A stretch of 60,552 bases of DNA, counting the filler, from Bipalium vagum (lineage: Eukaryota), in NCBI GenBank assembly GCA_037834085.1. It is 3 parts of 3 records of this genome, joined end to end, with 100 filler letters (N's around TTAATTAATTAA, not from the genome) between each part and the next. Parts side by side here need not be neighbours in the genome. Positions count along the whole stretch, not along the records: positions 22,822 to 40,154 come from JBBMKC010070838.1; positions 40,255 to 60,552 come from JBBMKC010256074.1; 1 more part is not named here. One strand, written 5' to 3'. This document shows positions 38,317 to 51,849 of the stretch, piece after piece (within the stretch, counting starts at the first letter, position 1; the number at the start of each line of letters is the position of its first letter). Made by a program: the position numbers and the translations under genes. The notes under the pieces were generated by a model. The model worked only from the letters and a program-made list of their open reading frames with translations, was not told the DNA's origin and made no database searches.

Positions 38317-40154
38317 ATTAATTTTCTCTTCTTCTCACACTTTGTTTTGTTCTTGCTCTCTCTCTCTCTCTCGTCGATTTCGGTGTGTTTTAAAATCCGT
38401 TCTGTTTATTGTGGAGTCCAGTTTGAAAAATAGAGACGAGATGTTCAATTGGTTCGTCATTTTAAAACTTTTCTTTGATTTTTATCATTTTACTTGATAA
38501 TTAATGTGTTATTGATTGTGTAACATGGTTTATTATTATTATTAATTATTGGTTATTGTCCTTTATTGGGACCTTTATTTGAACAGAGAAAATCTTTCTT
38601 TTTCTCTGACTTGTTATTGCTTTGTCGATTTTCCTGCTGGGTTTTATGTTATGTTTTGGTTTGTACTTGTTTATTCGATTAATTTCTTTTTTTTCGATAA
38701 ATTTTGACAATTATTTCCCGATTTATTTTCCTATCCAGTGTCGAATCATGTTTAGACTTAGAGAATTGCGAGTTGATTTCGATCGTTGATAAATTGTGCG
38801 AATAATACCACCACCACTACCACCAAGTTTTTTCTAAATTCGTGAAATCTATTATTTATATCTATATACATATACATATATTATAAATGATAATATTGTC
38901 CTTCAAAGCCGTGAGAAAGATATTGGAGATAAACGGCCTGCGAAAATGTAGAAGATTGTAGTATAATAAAGTATTTGATACTTCTTTTTAATTCGGGTCT
39001 TTTTTCGATGAAAATGGTATATTAGGTTTTTCAACTTTATTACGAGAAAAAAATATTTAATAAAAAATATTTATTCTTAAAGCGAGAAAAATAGAAAAGC
39101 AAACCAATGTTTTTGAAGAAGAAATGTCAAACACGATTAAAATTGAATAAGTTCAGAAATTCTAAAAATTTACAAAGCCTTTGTTTTATCACACTAATTA
39201 GAGGTCAAGCAGAATTTGATTTAATTTATAAGATTATTTCTAAATGGTTTCAATGACAAATTTTTGTTTCCAAAGCAATGGGTCACCAAAGCGGAATAAT
39301 TTTATAAATTGATTTATTTTATGATTTCTGATTAATATTTAAATTTTACATGGGTATTTTAATCCACTGCCAAGATAATCCTGTAGATGAATAACAACAG
39401 AAAGAATCAGTTATTACAGTTGAACATGTTTAACTTTAACATGATTGGTTGAAAATTGTACATTTGTTCACAAAAATGTTCAACACACACAAGATTTTTT
39501 CATAAAAATTAAAGATTTATTTATTTTAAATACAAGCTCCTCCTTGGAAAGTAATCCAAAATTGTATTTCTGGTTATTTTCTATCTAATAAATGAGGGTT
39601 AACGTTGTCGAGACATTCCAGTTTATTAGGGGCAATTTTGAATAAACAGTTTAAAATGTGTGGATTTCTAAAATTTTTAATGTTCAAGATACAGATTGTA
39701 AAACTTACAGATTTATAGCCTCCTTTCAGAAAATTTGTTAATTTTGAAAAATGTTCAGCTTAAACAGATCCAACTGTGTACTAATATAAGATTTTGTTTC
39801 TAAATTTTTCAGTTAAAAATTACATATTAAATATAATTTTTAAATTAATCAAAATTTTGTAATCCTGTATCAAGTATTCCGTATTGTTCAGACAACATTA
39901 AACACTTTCGTTTCGGAACTGTTATTTGTCTAAATATAGCATGTTTAGAGCATTGTTCACTTCAGAATGTGCACTTTTATAGTCAAAGCTTATATTATTG
40001 TAAGGTTTTGGTTCGACGCTTACTGCGAGATCTAATCTCGAAAATATAAAAATGCTAACTCTATTAATATAGGTTAAAACTGGGCTCACCAACTACGTCA
40101 AAGGTAGTGTAACAAATAGGTGTTCTAAGATACGAACTAAGTTTAATTAAATTA

Positions 40155-40254
40155 NNNNNNNNNNNNNNNNNNNNNNNNNNNNNNNNNNNNNNNNNNNNTT
40201 AATTAATTAANNNNNNNNNNNNNNNNNNNNNNNNNNNNNNNNNNNNNNNNNNNN
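40155..40254. other. Assembly spacer (44 N + TTAATTAATTAA + 44 N)
   Basis: Same 100-nt structure as 22722-22821. Confidence 0.97.
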
Positions 40255-40363
40255 CCGCTAACAAGATTTAATTATTAAAACAACAATTGAAATAAGATAT
40301 TTTTAATATATTAGTTTGAAAAATTTTATATTAAAAAGCGAACGAACTTAGTTGCCAACCCAA
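40255..40363. mobile_element. Mariner terminus at a contig edge
   Basis: aaaaagcgaacgaacttagttgccaacccaa followed by TA is a typical mariner TIR end. Confidence 0.5.
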
Positions 40364-40887
40364 TAATTATGTGGTGTTGTGTTTCTTTTGATTTGATGTT
40401 AAGCCTCCAAACTTAAGGGATTTTAATATTTTTTTAACTATGACAAAAATGATAATGATAATAATAATAATTCCATTTTCATTGTTGTAAAAGTCGTATA
40501 AATCATAAACATAAAATAGTTATACAATATACCAGACTAAAATGTTTTGTGTGAATTTTTAAGCTGCTGTTTTATGTATTTTTTGCCATGAAATCCGTTA
40601 TGAAGGATTTATTTTGCTCAATAATTTTAAGTATATTTTATCAACAGAAAATATTTAATAGCACCATAAAGGTAGTGCTTATCGGTCATTTTATTGATCT
40701 AAATAATTTAAATTATTGTCAATATTTATATATCGTGCTTTCCGTAAATCATAGTATAGTAGAACACTAATAGTAATTCTAAGTAAAGTTAATAAATACA
40801 CAAGAGATTGGTTACTTTGTCTATTCGAGGATTAATTAAAATAACTTGCTTGCATTAATATCAGATCTCAATACAATTAAATGGAGA

Positions 40888-41610
40888 TAAAGGGTGGTCA
40901 AGGTTTAATTGCGCATTGTTTAAATAGCTCTTGTGTTAAATATATTAAATTTCTTTTTTTATTTTTTTGAATATTATAGATCAGCTATATCAATTTAACG
41001 ATTTGACGATGAAGTCAAAAAAGCGTGAAGATGAAGCCAAGAGAATTATTCAGTTTTTCGTGACCAATAATGGAGATCGAAAGATAACGATTAAGCACTT
41101 CGTAGATGAAGGATGCAAAAGGCGAACAATTCAGCAAGTGTTGAAACGTTATGTTGATACTGATAAAGTTGGATACTCCAAGAAATCAGATCCACAACCA
41201 TCCGTGTTAACTGCTAAACAGCTGAAGAAGGTCAAGAATGCGCAATCCATTATATGCGCAATCCAAACATCAGTGAACGTTCAACGGCTACTAAATTCAA
41301 AATTTCAAAAACTATGGTAGTGAATGCGAAGAAGAAATTGAGAATCAAATCTACAAAGAAGATTACTAGTCCAAAATATGTGAAAGATCAAAAGGAACGG
41401 GCTGAAAGATCACTTAGAAAACTGTACAAACTGTTGATTCCGTCTGGTGGTAATAAGTTATAACAAGTAATAACAAGGAATGTGGCACAATTCGCAAATT
41501 TAAGAATGCTTGTGTGAAGATTTCAAAGGAAGTAGCCCAGAAAAGCGGTGCTAATTTGTTTACAAATTTCAATCATAATTTGTACACTGGTGGCTATAAA
41601 GGACTGTAGT
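40888..41610 (+). mobile_element. Internally deleted Tc1/mariner-superfamily element (ITmD37E-like N-terminus)
   Basis: TIR-like taaagggtggtcaagg. ORFs 40967-41320 and 41254-41463 give an HTH region (TIKHFVDEGCKRRTIQQVLKRY...NPNISERSTATKFKIS...PKYVKDQKERA); the catalytic core is missing. Confidence 0.7.
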
Positions 41611-41965
41611 TTTATCTAGTTCAAATATATGTATTTGTGTTCTTTGTATTTCCAAAGAAAGTTTTTAAAAAAAAATAAAGTTATTGTTAACAAGACCAAC
41701 ATATGAATGATCATTTAAACAATCTATTAAATTTTCAAAAGAAATATTTTTAAAAGGTTTTTAAAAAATTTTAATTAAAAAATCGAATAAATTAAAGTTA
41801 CGAAAAAAAATCATCGATTAAACATTTTTAATCCATATTAAATGATTAAAACAAAATTGAAATAAAAAATATTTATTAACTAAAAATTGTTTTTTAAATA
41901 ATATATTTTTGGGATTTTTTCAATTTAAATTTTTTTGGTCATTAAATTTTGGAAATTATTACACG

Positions 41966-43344
41966 ATGAATGAAGGTATTAAATTTGAAAGATTTTTCCA
42001 AGCCATTCAGTCAAACAATATCATGGAACTTGCAGCTTTTAAATGTAACAAGGTTCCGGAATATTTCAAATTCAGAGTAGGACAATATAACTTTGTTAAA
42101 CAAATTACTTTACTTACAAATTTAAGAACCCTTTTGTCGATGCATCAATGGTCGGTAACGTTCAAGTCCTTAAGATTCTCTATCGACAGATCCCCGATTT
42201 AATCAGTTATGAAGACAACGTAAGACAAATATGACCTTTTGTTTTAAACAAAACTTGTTTCCAGCGAAATTTCAGTCCCTTTCACCAAGCTTTGTTGAAT
42301 GGACATTTAGAAGCAGCAAAGTTCATATTTAAATGTCAGAGGCTCTCGGAGATTAATTCTAATAAGATGGTAGATTTTATCAAATATAGTTCGCAATATT
42401 GATTATACTCAGGGGTACATATTACACAAGGTTATCCTCAAAAACCAGTTGAATATTTTGGAATTTCTCTTGACATTCGTGGACATTAACTTCGAAAACC
42501 AAGTTACTTGAACTAATACATTATCGTGGATTGACTACTTTTTAGGAGGGTCTTTCTTCTTTACATCAAGCTGTAATAACTAATAATGACAGCATCATTA
42601 AATTGTTGATATCTAAACAAGCATTGCTAAATAATGCGGACAAAGTTTGTGTTACATCATGGGAAACATTCGAAAATAATCTTAAATGGCTTTTGACCTT
42701 TCAGAACGGAGATACGCCCTTGCACTTGGCAATAAAGCTGGGAAACAACTCTGCAGCGAGAGCCCTAATTCAATCGATACCTTCTCAATATATCGACCAG
42801 ACCAATTGTGACGGTAACAGTGCTCTCCATCTGGCCGCTTACAAGCAGAACACGGATATCATACCCTTCCTGTTAAAAAATGGAGCTGACATCAATTTAG
42901 AAAATCAGTCCCTGGTATCTCCCCTGGTTATCGCTCAATCTTCCAATAATTCCAGCTTGAAGAAACTTTTTAAAAATCAAGAGAAAGGTAAGTGGAATAA
43001 ATTCTTGAAGATATTTAAGGTAGGGGTTCATATATTTATTTGATCACATTGTCATGAGTTTTATTTAAGAAATTGAGACCGGATAAGAACGATGTAAGTA
43101 AATGTTGAGAATATTTATTTAAAACTATTTGATTCAGAAATCGAAAGGAAAAGCCAAGAAGGAAAATCTCAACAGCAGTTTTTGTGAAGTAAATTCAGTT
43201 TGGTGGTTGGTTTTGTTTTAATGAAATAATATTAGGAAGTGAAGAAAGAGCAACAATTTGAATTCAAACCTTACTCGGTACCCATATTTCTTATACAGTA
43301 CAGATTTAATATATTTTATCTAGAGACTCAAAACCCACATTTGA
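41966..43344 (+). CDS. Ankyrin-repeat protein, paralog A (~316 aa, 10 exons)
   Basis: Exons 41966-42076, 42127-42219, 42265-42369, 42413-42502, 42546-42644, 42705-43019, 43070-43093, 43138-43188, 43236-43277 and 43324-43344. All introns GT-AG, 43-60 nt, phase 0. Ankyrin motifs SPFHQALLNG, GLSSLHQAV, GDTPLHLA, GNSALHLAA. Ends RLKTHI*; AATAAA at 43366. The last four small exons are less certain. Confidence 0.88.
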
Positions 43345-43867
43345 GGATAATGGAAACTTATACAGAATAAAAAGCTGTGAAGAACAATGCAGAAAATCAA
43401 TAAATATTTATTTTAGTTTTTTTATTTTAAAAAATTGTTTGTTTTAAACAATGCAAATAGACATATGTAAAATTTAACGAAATAATGAAAAATTTATTTG
43501 TTTGCGGTGATTTCCCGATTTCCTTTTTTGTTTTTTTGTCGTTAAATGAAATTTCTGTTATAATTAATTGTGAAATTTTATTTGTTTTATGTTTCGCAGT
43601 AGTCAGACTTCAGTAACCCGTGTATCTACAAGATAACTAATGAAGATCTTAAGCCTTTAGTGTTTTGACATTAAATATGAAATATATAATTAGGTCGACA
43701 GTCCAAGTGCTGGTGAACACTTGATGTCTGATGATTTAAAAATTTTTTTGTATAATATTACACAATAGAGAAAATAATGTTGTTTAAAAGCTTTAAATTA
43801 AAACTCGTGATTAAAGCTCAATTAAAAGAGAAGAGGAACTTCTTTCTTTTTATTGATACATGGGATT

Positions 43868-44070
43868 TCATTCGAAATATCTGCAGCATGTTGTTTTTGT
43901 TGTAAATTACCAATTCAATCTCAAAGTAATATTAATTTTTAGCCTTATGTTTGTAACTATATAGTAAAGTATTTAAATTTAACGAAAGTTGTCGCTTTTT
44001 GAGGTTACTGCGCTCCCATAAAATGCTCCGCTAATTAAACAATCACTCTGTAAGTCTGAATTCTAAAAAA
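43868..44070. repeat. Dispersed repeat, copy 2 (copy 1 at 17394-17566)
   Basis: Same blocks as copy 1, with an extra ~30-bp segment. Confidence 0.85.
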
Positions 44071-44199
44071 AGACGTGCAGTGATATCGAAGTTCAACCGA
44101 CACATGTGATAAAGAATGATGTACAGTAATTGTCAATATTCTGCATTTTACTAAACTGTCGTTAAAACGCCTAGCTAGATTAGTAAGATTTAATTATTT

Positions 44200-44901
44200 C
44201 TACGGCCAAACAAATTTATCGATATTTTGAAAAGGTTCTCCAATTGCATAAGAACGGAAAATGGCAACTAAGTAATTGCGTATTTTCGTTTGTGATGCTG
44301 ATTGATCATGGTTTAACCATTGAGCTGAACGGTGATGGTTGTCATACGTAATCCACTTTTCATTGAACATCACAATTCGGTCAAAAAACGCAATTTCAAA
44401 TCGACAATTACGTTCAACTAATGAAGAATCCATTTGTCTAACTTTGTTAATTTACCAATTTTCCAATGTGGTTTCAAGTTTTCCCAATAGTGATATCTAA
44501 TTCTTCTGCACGTCCTTGAACTGTTGTACGTGGATTGATCTCCACTAAACCTATCGATTTGTCCTTTATGATGATAGCATTTCGTGGAAGACTCTGATCA
44601 ACTTCTAGGGTCTCTTCTACATTGAGAAATTTTGTAAACCAGTGTTGAATCATACTTTTGTGTGTTGTTTTGTTTTGTGTGATATTACAACTAGATTCCT
44701 CTCGAGTAAGCTCAATTTTAAATTTGTTTTAAAACAGTTCACTTAACTGCTTCTTTTCCATATAAAATTCTTTACTTACTTAACACATTATTTTAATCTT
44801 CATGAAAATTTAAATTAGAATATGCACTTTAAAACTAAAGTAAATTGTTAAAATCATGTCTTATAAATGTCACAAAAAGAAAATATTTTTGAACAACCTA
44901 A
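44200..44901 (-). mobile_element. Decayed mariner (5' part)
   Basis: ORF 44200-44433 FFDRIVMFNEKWITYDNHHRSAQWL; TIR-like atttttgaacaacctaa ending at 44901. Confidence 0.75.
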
Positions 44902-44931
44902 AAGAAGTATGTTATATTGAATCTCCATAAA

Positions 44932-45440
44932 TACAATGGTGCATATTCAATTGTACGCCTAATAAAAATTACGAATATTTTCATTTACTTTGTATTTCCA
45001 ATAGTATATTAAATGTAATGAAACTGGATTTTTTTGTAAGAATAATGTGTAGGCGATATTTTTTAAAGAAAATTCTTTGTGAATATTCAACAGAAAATTT
45101 TTATTTTTAAAATCAGACAAGAGTCCATAAAGGTTGGAATATTTAATTGTACGCAGTGTAATTTAAGATTTGTTTTATCAGACTATTATAATATATTAAT
45201 ATTTAAATATCTATAATTTGAATATTTTTCAAAAATAAAAGTAATTCTTTATTTCTTAATGATATATACAACACAAATCCTGTTCCTTTTAGTCATGTGA
45301 CAGAGGAAAACATTGACAGACGAAGAAATCACACAAATTGAAACGTACACAAACTTTTCAAATTAGAAATTTATTAGGTCAGTCAAAAGATGTCATAAGA
45401 AATTAACTGGAAAGACTCGTTAACTACGGAGTGAGATAAA
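44932..45440 (+). mobile_element. Possible Tc3-like element 5' fragment
   Basis: TA|caatggtgcatattcaattgtacg start, repeated aattgtacgc motif, and RGK..LTDEEITQIETY resembling a Tc3-type N-terminus. Confidence 0.35.
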
Positions 45441-45787
45441 GGTAATTCAACATTCATTTCTTCTCTTCTCAACTCTCAAATCATTTCAAACTCTCCTCAA
45501 ATATGACGTCACAAATACTAGACCGAGTGTAAACTTTTAATACCAGCTACTAAACAACATATTGCTAACGTATTACTCAAGATAAGCATGTTAAATACTT
45601 TAATTGGTTTTGTTATAAAATATCTGACATTTCATTTAAAGTTAGAATAGGTTTTTAGCAATGAGAAATAATATTTCCTTTATATTAATGAATTTATAGT
45701 TATATTACTTAAAGATAAACATGAATGTAAATTTGATATACTTATACTTTTAAAAAGTAAAAGTTGTATTTCTGTTTATTAATATAT

Positions 45788-46745
45788 CAGGTTGTGTAGT
45801 ATGAAATTTGTAGGTAATGAAATTGCCAACTTTAATTGTTGTTTTTTTGTTATCGGCTTGATATTTTACCATTCGGTTTATAGCATTGGTAAATTATATA
45901 TCTGTCTTGTTTGTAAATATCATTTTAATCTGATAAAGTATAAATCAATTGTTTAAATTAATCATTTTTGTTAAAAATTGATATATCGGAAATACGCGTA
46001 ATTATGAAATATGAGATTTTACTCAAAACAACGGCAACGCAGACAGCTGAAAACATTAATGCAGTATTTGGGACTACAAAACAAACAGTTTCCAATTGGT
46101 TTTCAAAATGTCGTAAGGATAATTTTAACCTCCAAAATGAGCCATGTGGTCGTTCAGAATCAAATGTGTGCAACGACAAATTAAAGATTATCATTGAGCC
46201 TAACCCATGTCAGAGTTCCCAGGTATTCTCTGTAAAGTTTGGTTTCACTAAAAAAAACTACTTTAGATCATATAAATCAAATAGGAAAGGTGAAAAAATT
46301 AAATAAATGGGTTCCTCATGAACTGAATGCAAAACAAAAAGAATAGCGTTTGCAAACCTGTTTGATGTTCCTTTCTCGTCAAAAATCTGATCCATTTTTG
46401 AATCATATTGTCACTTGTGACGAAAAATAGATAAGATATGACAACCGCAAACGTTCTTCACAGTGGTTGGACAAATATGAACCACCGAAACACAGTCCAA
46501 AGCGTAATATCCATGAATAGAAACTGATGGTGAGTGATTGGTGGTGAAGTGCAGGTGTGATTCATTATGAATTCTTGATACCGGGCTCATCGATCACAGC
46601 AGAAGTGTACTGTAAGTCATTGAACGAAATGGTAAAAAAAATTAAGATAAAACTGCCAAAATTAATCAATAGATGAATTTCTATTTTATTCCAGGATAAT
46701 GCTAAGCCACACACTGCGAAAATGAGTGTGGCAAAAATAAAAAAA
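45788..46745 (+). mobile_element. Decayed mariner, 3' truncated
   Basis: ORF 45968-46306 HTH region, then WVPHEL, FLNHIVTCDEK, YDNRKRSSQWLD and FQDNAKPH with several in-frame stops. Confidence 0.88.
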
Positions 46746-49700
46746 AGCTCTTGATTTTCACATTCAAAATGTCCTTAACAACTTAGAAAATGATTTGTAA
46801 TTTGATCTCAAAAGATATTAAAAAGACAGTAATAATGAAGGTAAGGAATTTGTATTAATTCCAGTGTTTAAGCGATCGAGTTAATTTAAAATAATTAATT
46901 AACTTTATTTAGTGATAGAAGTGAATTCTTATCACTAACATTTTAATATGTCTCCAATTCCCTTCTATTATTCTTTTGATAACTCGATTCTGATTTGTTC
47001 TAGGCGACGAATACGCATTTTTGTTAACAGAACTTTTTCGGCTATTATAAAGTAGAGAATGTATTTATTAATTAAATAATTATGGATTGTGTATAAAAGA
47101 TCTAACCTTGCAAATGTGGAATCATCTTTTTTAGTTTCCCCTGAGGTGAAATTAAAGTAGATGATTATTTAATGGAATGAAAATAAAATAGATGATTAAT
47201 TATTATGTAATCATGCTTAATTTAAATATATATGTTCTGCGTTGTAGTAGAGGTGGATAATCTTACCATTTAAATGTATTTTTATCTTTACTATAATTAA
47301 ATATATTATAATAATTATTATATCGAGTAATACTATCAGTATTATAAAAAACACTAATAATTTAATTAACAATGACTTTAGAATTCAAAATAAAAGTACT
47401 GTTAAAAACTCTAACCTTTATTGTAAACAAAACCTATATAAGTTAAACATCATTAATTTATTTTTTGAATCTTAATAATAACTTTGGGATTCAAAAATCC
47501 TCTACCCTTTAACAGAATTAAATAAAACCTTAATTTTCTAATTAAAAAAATTCTTTACTCTTTTAACTTAAAAACTTTTACAAATATTAAAAAAACTTTT
47601 TACTCTGTAATCAATAACTAAAGAAGAGTTTAAAATACTAACCTAATTTCTCTCATATACTTTATAAGTATATATTTAACTATTTTAATTTATTCTTTAA
47701 CTGTTTTAAATTTTTATATTAACTTTAAGTATAATTACAAAATTATCAAGGCTTTTGATAATTTTTTGCAGAGACCTCTATATGTTATGAGTAGTGTGAT
47801 ATCCCAAGAATCATGGGACTAGAACAAAAATGATATATAAGGATCTCATGAACAAACTGAAGACGAGGAAATAATCCAATATTGGAGAAATTATTGTCCT
47901 AGGAATGTTCTTTATCCCTAATACTTGTCGCCCGAGAGCCTGAAATACTACAGCTCAATAGTATGAGGGCAAAAAGACTGATAACGATTAGGAAATATTG
48001 TGTTTTATGATTTTAAATTTTGTTAAAGACATTGAAGAGGGGTTTTTATGATGGAGGGTTATGTAATTTTATGGTATAGAGTTATATATATGTATTTTTA
48101 TGATGAGGGTTATTTTATAATTTTTCTGAAAGAGTAATTCCTAAGAAAAAAAATAAAAAGGCAATTAATTAAATTGGGATGATTAATATTTATGGTTTTT
48201 ATATTGTTTTTTAAAAATTAGATGATTTTTTTATCTTCGAAAAATTAAAATATGGAGGGAAACTGAAAAAAGATGATCCAAAATGTGATAGCAAGTATAC
48301 CTTATTTTGTTAATCTCTCTTTAAAATCCACAAATAAACTATTACCAAGCATTCCATTACACTCTCAATGCTGTACCAGAATATCTTTGTTCAACCACAA
48401 TAAAACCACAGCAAAAATAATCATATCTATTTTTACTTCGGTAATTTGTTGGAGAAAAATAGTGATTTCACACTGGTTTTATAGGCATTTTTAAGTGACT
48501 TAACATCTATCATTTGACAGCTAAGATGTCAATATTAAAGATGCTAACATTGTCACGTTCTTTCTTAAAATAAATATTAATGTAAATAAATAAAAATTTT
48601 TTAATTTTCTGTAAGAGCAATTCAATAAAGGTTTTGTACTTTAATGTAACATGGTACTGATTAACAATTAGTAGTTTATGTTAAACTAATATTTTTAATA
48701 AAATTTAATTAATTAATTAATTTTAAAATTAAACAATTAAGATAAATAATAATAAATAACAAGTTTATTATTTTTCAATAACTTAAAATGAAAAGAGGAA
48801 TTGAACCTCAACAATTTTATGAAATTCTTATATCAAGATATTTACAAATATCTGAATTAAAAGCAAATGCAACATATCTCAGTTCCAGCTAAAAATCATG
48901 GGCAATTTAAAATTGGAAATTTTTTTCCACCAATAAGACGGAAATATTGATATCAAAATTTTATCAGTAATTGTTGCATTGATTGGCGGTTTCATGTAAG
49001 GACAGTTTACATTTTTCAGTGGGAAACTTGGAACTAAGACTCTTTTAAAGTTTAAAATTTAGATTATTTGTTAATTTAGTTTTATAAATATTCACTAATA
49101 AATTTATTCACTAAAAGTGTTTTGAGTTTTATATCTAAGTAAATACATTAAATCCAAGTTTTTATAACTGTATTGCAAAATTAAATTTTTTTAAAACATT
49201 TTTAAACATTTTTTAACATTTTTTTAAAAAACCTTAAAATGAGTTTAAATTACATTATCATTATCTTCATACATAGCTATTAATACTTCCACAAAACATA
49301 TTTGCCCATTTAAAAATACTTTAGTAAGTTCTTATTAAGATATTATTAACGCAATCAAAATTAATCAAAAAAATATTTGTGCGTGCTTCTAATTTTGCAA
49401 AGTCATTTTCATAAGCCCCAAATAATATTCAATGCCCTTCTTTCATGTTCTCTTTTCACTTGGAAATAGTAAAAATATGTATCTTGAAATGCCACAAAAG
49501 TCAATGTTTTAACCTATTGATTTAGAGTATTTTTTAAGGGAACCATACTCTAATGGTTACATCAAACACAAAAAAATTAGATTTTTAATTTTTTTTATTT
49601 TTCCGATTGATGGTCCTTTTACTTATTACAAAGTAGGTACATGGAATCTATTTCTTTTTTGTCCATATAAAGAAAATAAGAACTGATTTGTTTTTATGGC

Positions 49701-49818
49701 AAAATAAAAGCGAGTTACACCTGGAATACCTTTGACTTCTTTTCAATTGACTAAGAATATTGAGCATCGATAATTCAAAATTCTTAAACATCCACATGAT
49801 TTTTTTATTTTGTCACTA

Positions 49819-51100
49819 TTAGGTGTACCGGAAAGTTATGCAGATTTTTTTAAATACATTTTTTATCATATATGATAAAATTAATCTTATTGTTTAAATA
49901 TTGTATTTTGTTTAGATATGTATTAATTACTAAGATAAACATTTAAATTTTATTAAAGTTTTAATATTCTATATATTTTTAGATTTAAACATGACACTAT
50001 TTATTCCGGAAAACCAGCATTTGCGGGAAGTGATCTTACATTATTTTATTATGAAAAGAACTGCGACAGAAACTTACCACATACTTTGCCAGGTGTATGG
50101 GAACCATGCTCCATCTCAGACTACCTGTGAGCGTTGGTTTAAACGCTTTAAAAATGAGAATTTCAGTATCAAAGATATTGGACACCCTGGTCGAAGTTTA
50201 TCATTTGAGGATCAAGAAATCCAAGCCATATTGAATGAAAATCCTTTCGAAACTCAGAAAAAACTTGCCTTGCAACTAGATGTTGCCCAAAAAATAGGTT
50301 CTAATAGGTTAAAGGCAATGGGTAATATTTTAAAGGAAGGGAAATGGGTGCCGCATAAACTGGACGATAGGCAAATTGAAAACAGAAAAGTGGTCTGTGA
50401 AATGTTGCTGCATCGACACTGAAGGAAATCTTTCTTACACAAAATTTTTACAGGAGATGAAAAGTGGATATATTATGAGAATCCCAAACGCAAGAAATCA
50501 AGGGTTGATCCGGGTCAGGATTCAAAACAGACAGCAAGGCAAAATCATTTTGGAAAAAAAGCAATGCTCTACGTTTGGTGGGATCAAAGGATATGATATA
50601 TCATGAGCTTCTTAACTGGGTGAAACTATTAATTCTTCTCGGTATGAAAAACAAATAATGGACCTGAACCAATCTTTGATAACCAAACGTCCAGAATTGG
50701 CAAAAAGACATGGTAAAGTAATTTTGCTCCATGACTACGCCTCGTCACATACATCAAAAGGAGTCAAAAGTGTCTTAAAAGATCTAGCCTGGGAAGTACT
50801 GACCCACCCGCCATATTCACCAAATCTTGCTCCTTCGGATTTCCATTTGTTAAGGTCGATGGCACATGGCCTTGCTGAGCAGCATTTCAAAACGTATGAA
50901 GATGTCCAAAAATGAGTCTTAGACTGGTTCGTCTCAAAACTAGAGAAGGTTTTTTGGGACGGCATCCACAAATTGACTGAAAGATGGGAGAAATGTATAA
51001 ATAATGATGGAAATTTTTTTGAAAAAAATATTTTTGTATCATTTGAAATTTTCGTTTTTGTTTGTCCTAAAAAATCTGCATTTTTCTCCGGTACACCTCA
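49819..51100 (+). mobile_element. Near full-length mariner (Mos1/mauritiana-like), inactivated
   Basis: TIRs ttaggtgtaccggaaagttatgcagattttt / aaaaatctgcatttttctccggtacacctca, ~1.28 kb. MTLFIPENQHLRE, WVPHKL, TGDEKWIYYEN, LLHDYASSH, HPPYSPNLAPSDFHL; premature stop at 50420-50422 plus frameshifts. Confidence 0.93.
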
Positions 51101-51849
51101 ATTTTTTATGAAATTATTTTATTCTTCATTTTTTATATCAGTTAAGATAAAAAAACATTATTTTTCAAAAGTACAATGTAGGTTCTACTTTTTTATTTTA
51201 TGAAGATATATAAATTAAATAATTAGAAATTGGAAATCCGAAATAATTAAACTTTAAATTGATCCAAAAATCCTTTTTAAACGAGTAATTCTAACATGAG
51301 ACACAAAACTTAAATATTTCATGGTCATCGGTTATGAATGATGGCTTAAGAGTGTTTCAGATCCTTTCACAAAGCATATTTGTCCATTTAGTAAGTCCTT
51401 ATTAAGATGTTATTAACGCCATCAAATTAATTTTAAAAACTTGATTTTATTTATTTAAAATTTTTCATCATAAGTTTTTGAATGTTAAATTTAAAATTCA
51501 GATTTCATTATTTTAAATTAAATATTAATTTTAAGATTTAGTATTTAATCTAGCAAATAATTATATATGATACATATGATTAATATTTTTAATTTAAAGA
51601 TGAAAAGAAAAATTTACCTTTTAAATATCATTAAAATGACAAATAAATTGAAGACCAATTAAAAATGAAATAAAGAATAACGAAAATGTTTGAATAATAT
51701 ATTGTGTTTAAATGTTACAATAAAAATTGATTGCTTGGATCTTTGCAGTTCAAGGTTTGTTTACACTGCTTACATAATTTAAAACCAAAATTCATTTCAA
51801 AACTGTCTTTATGTTATCCAAGTTGAATAATAGTTAATTAGAAATTGAA

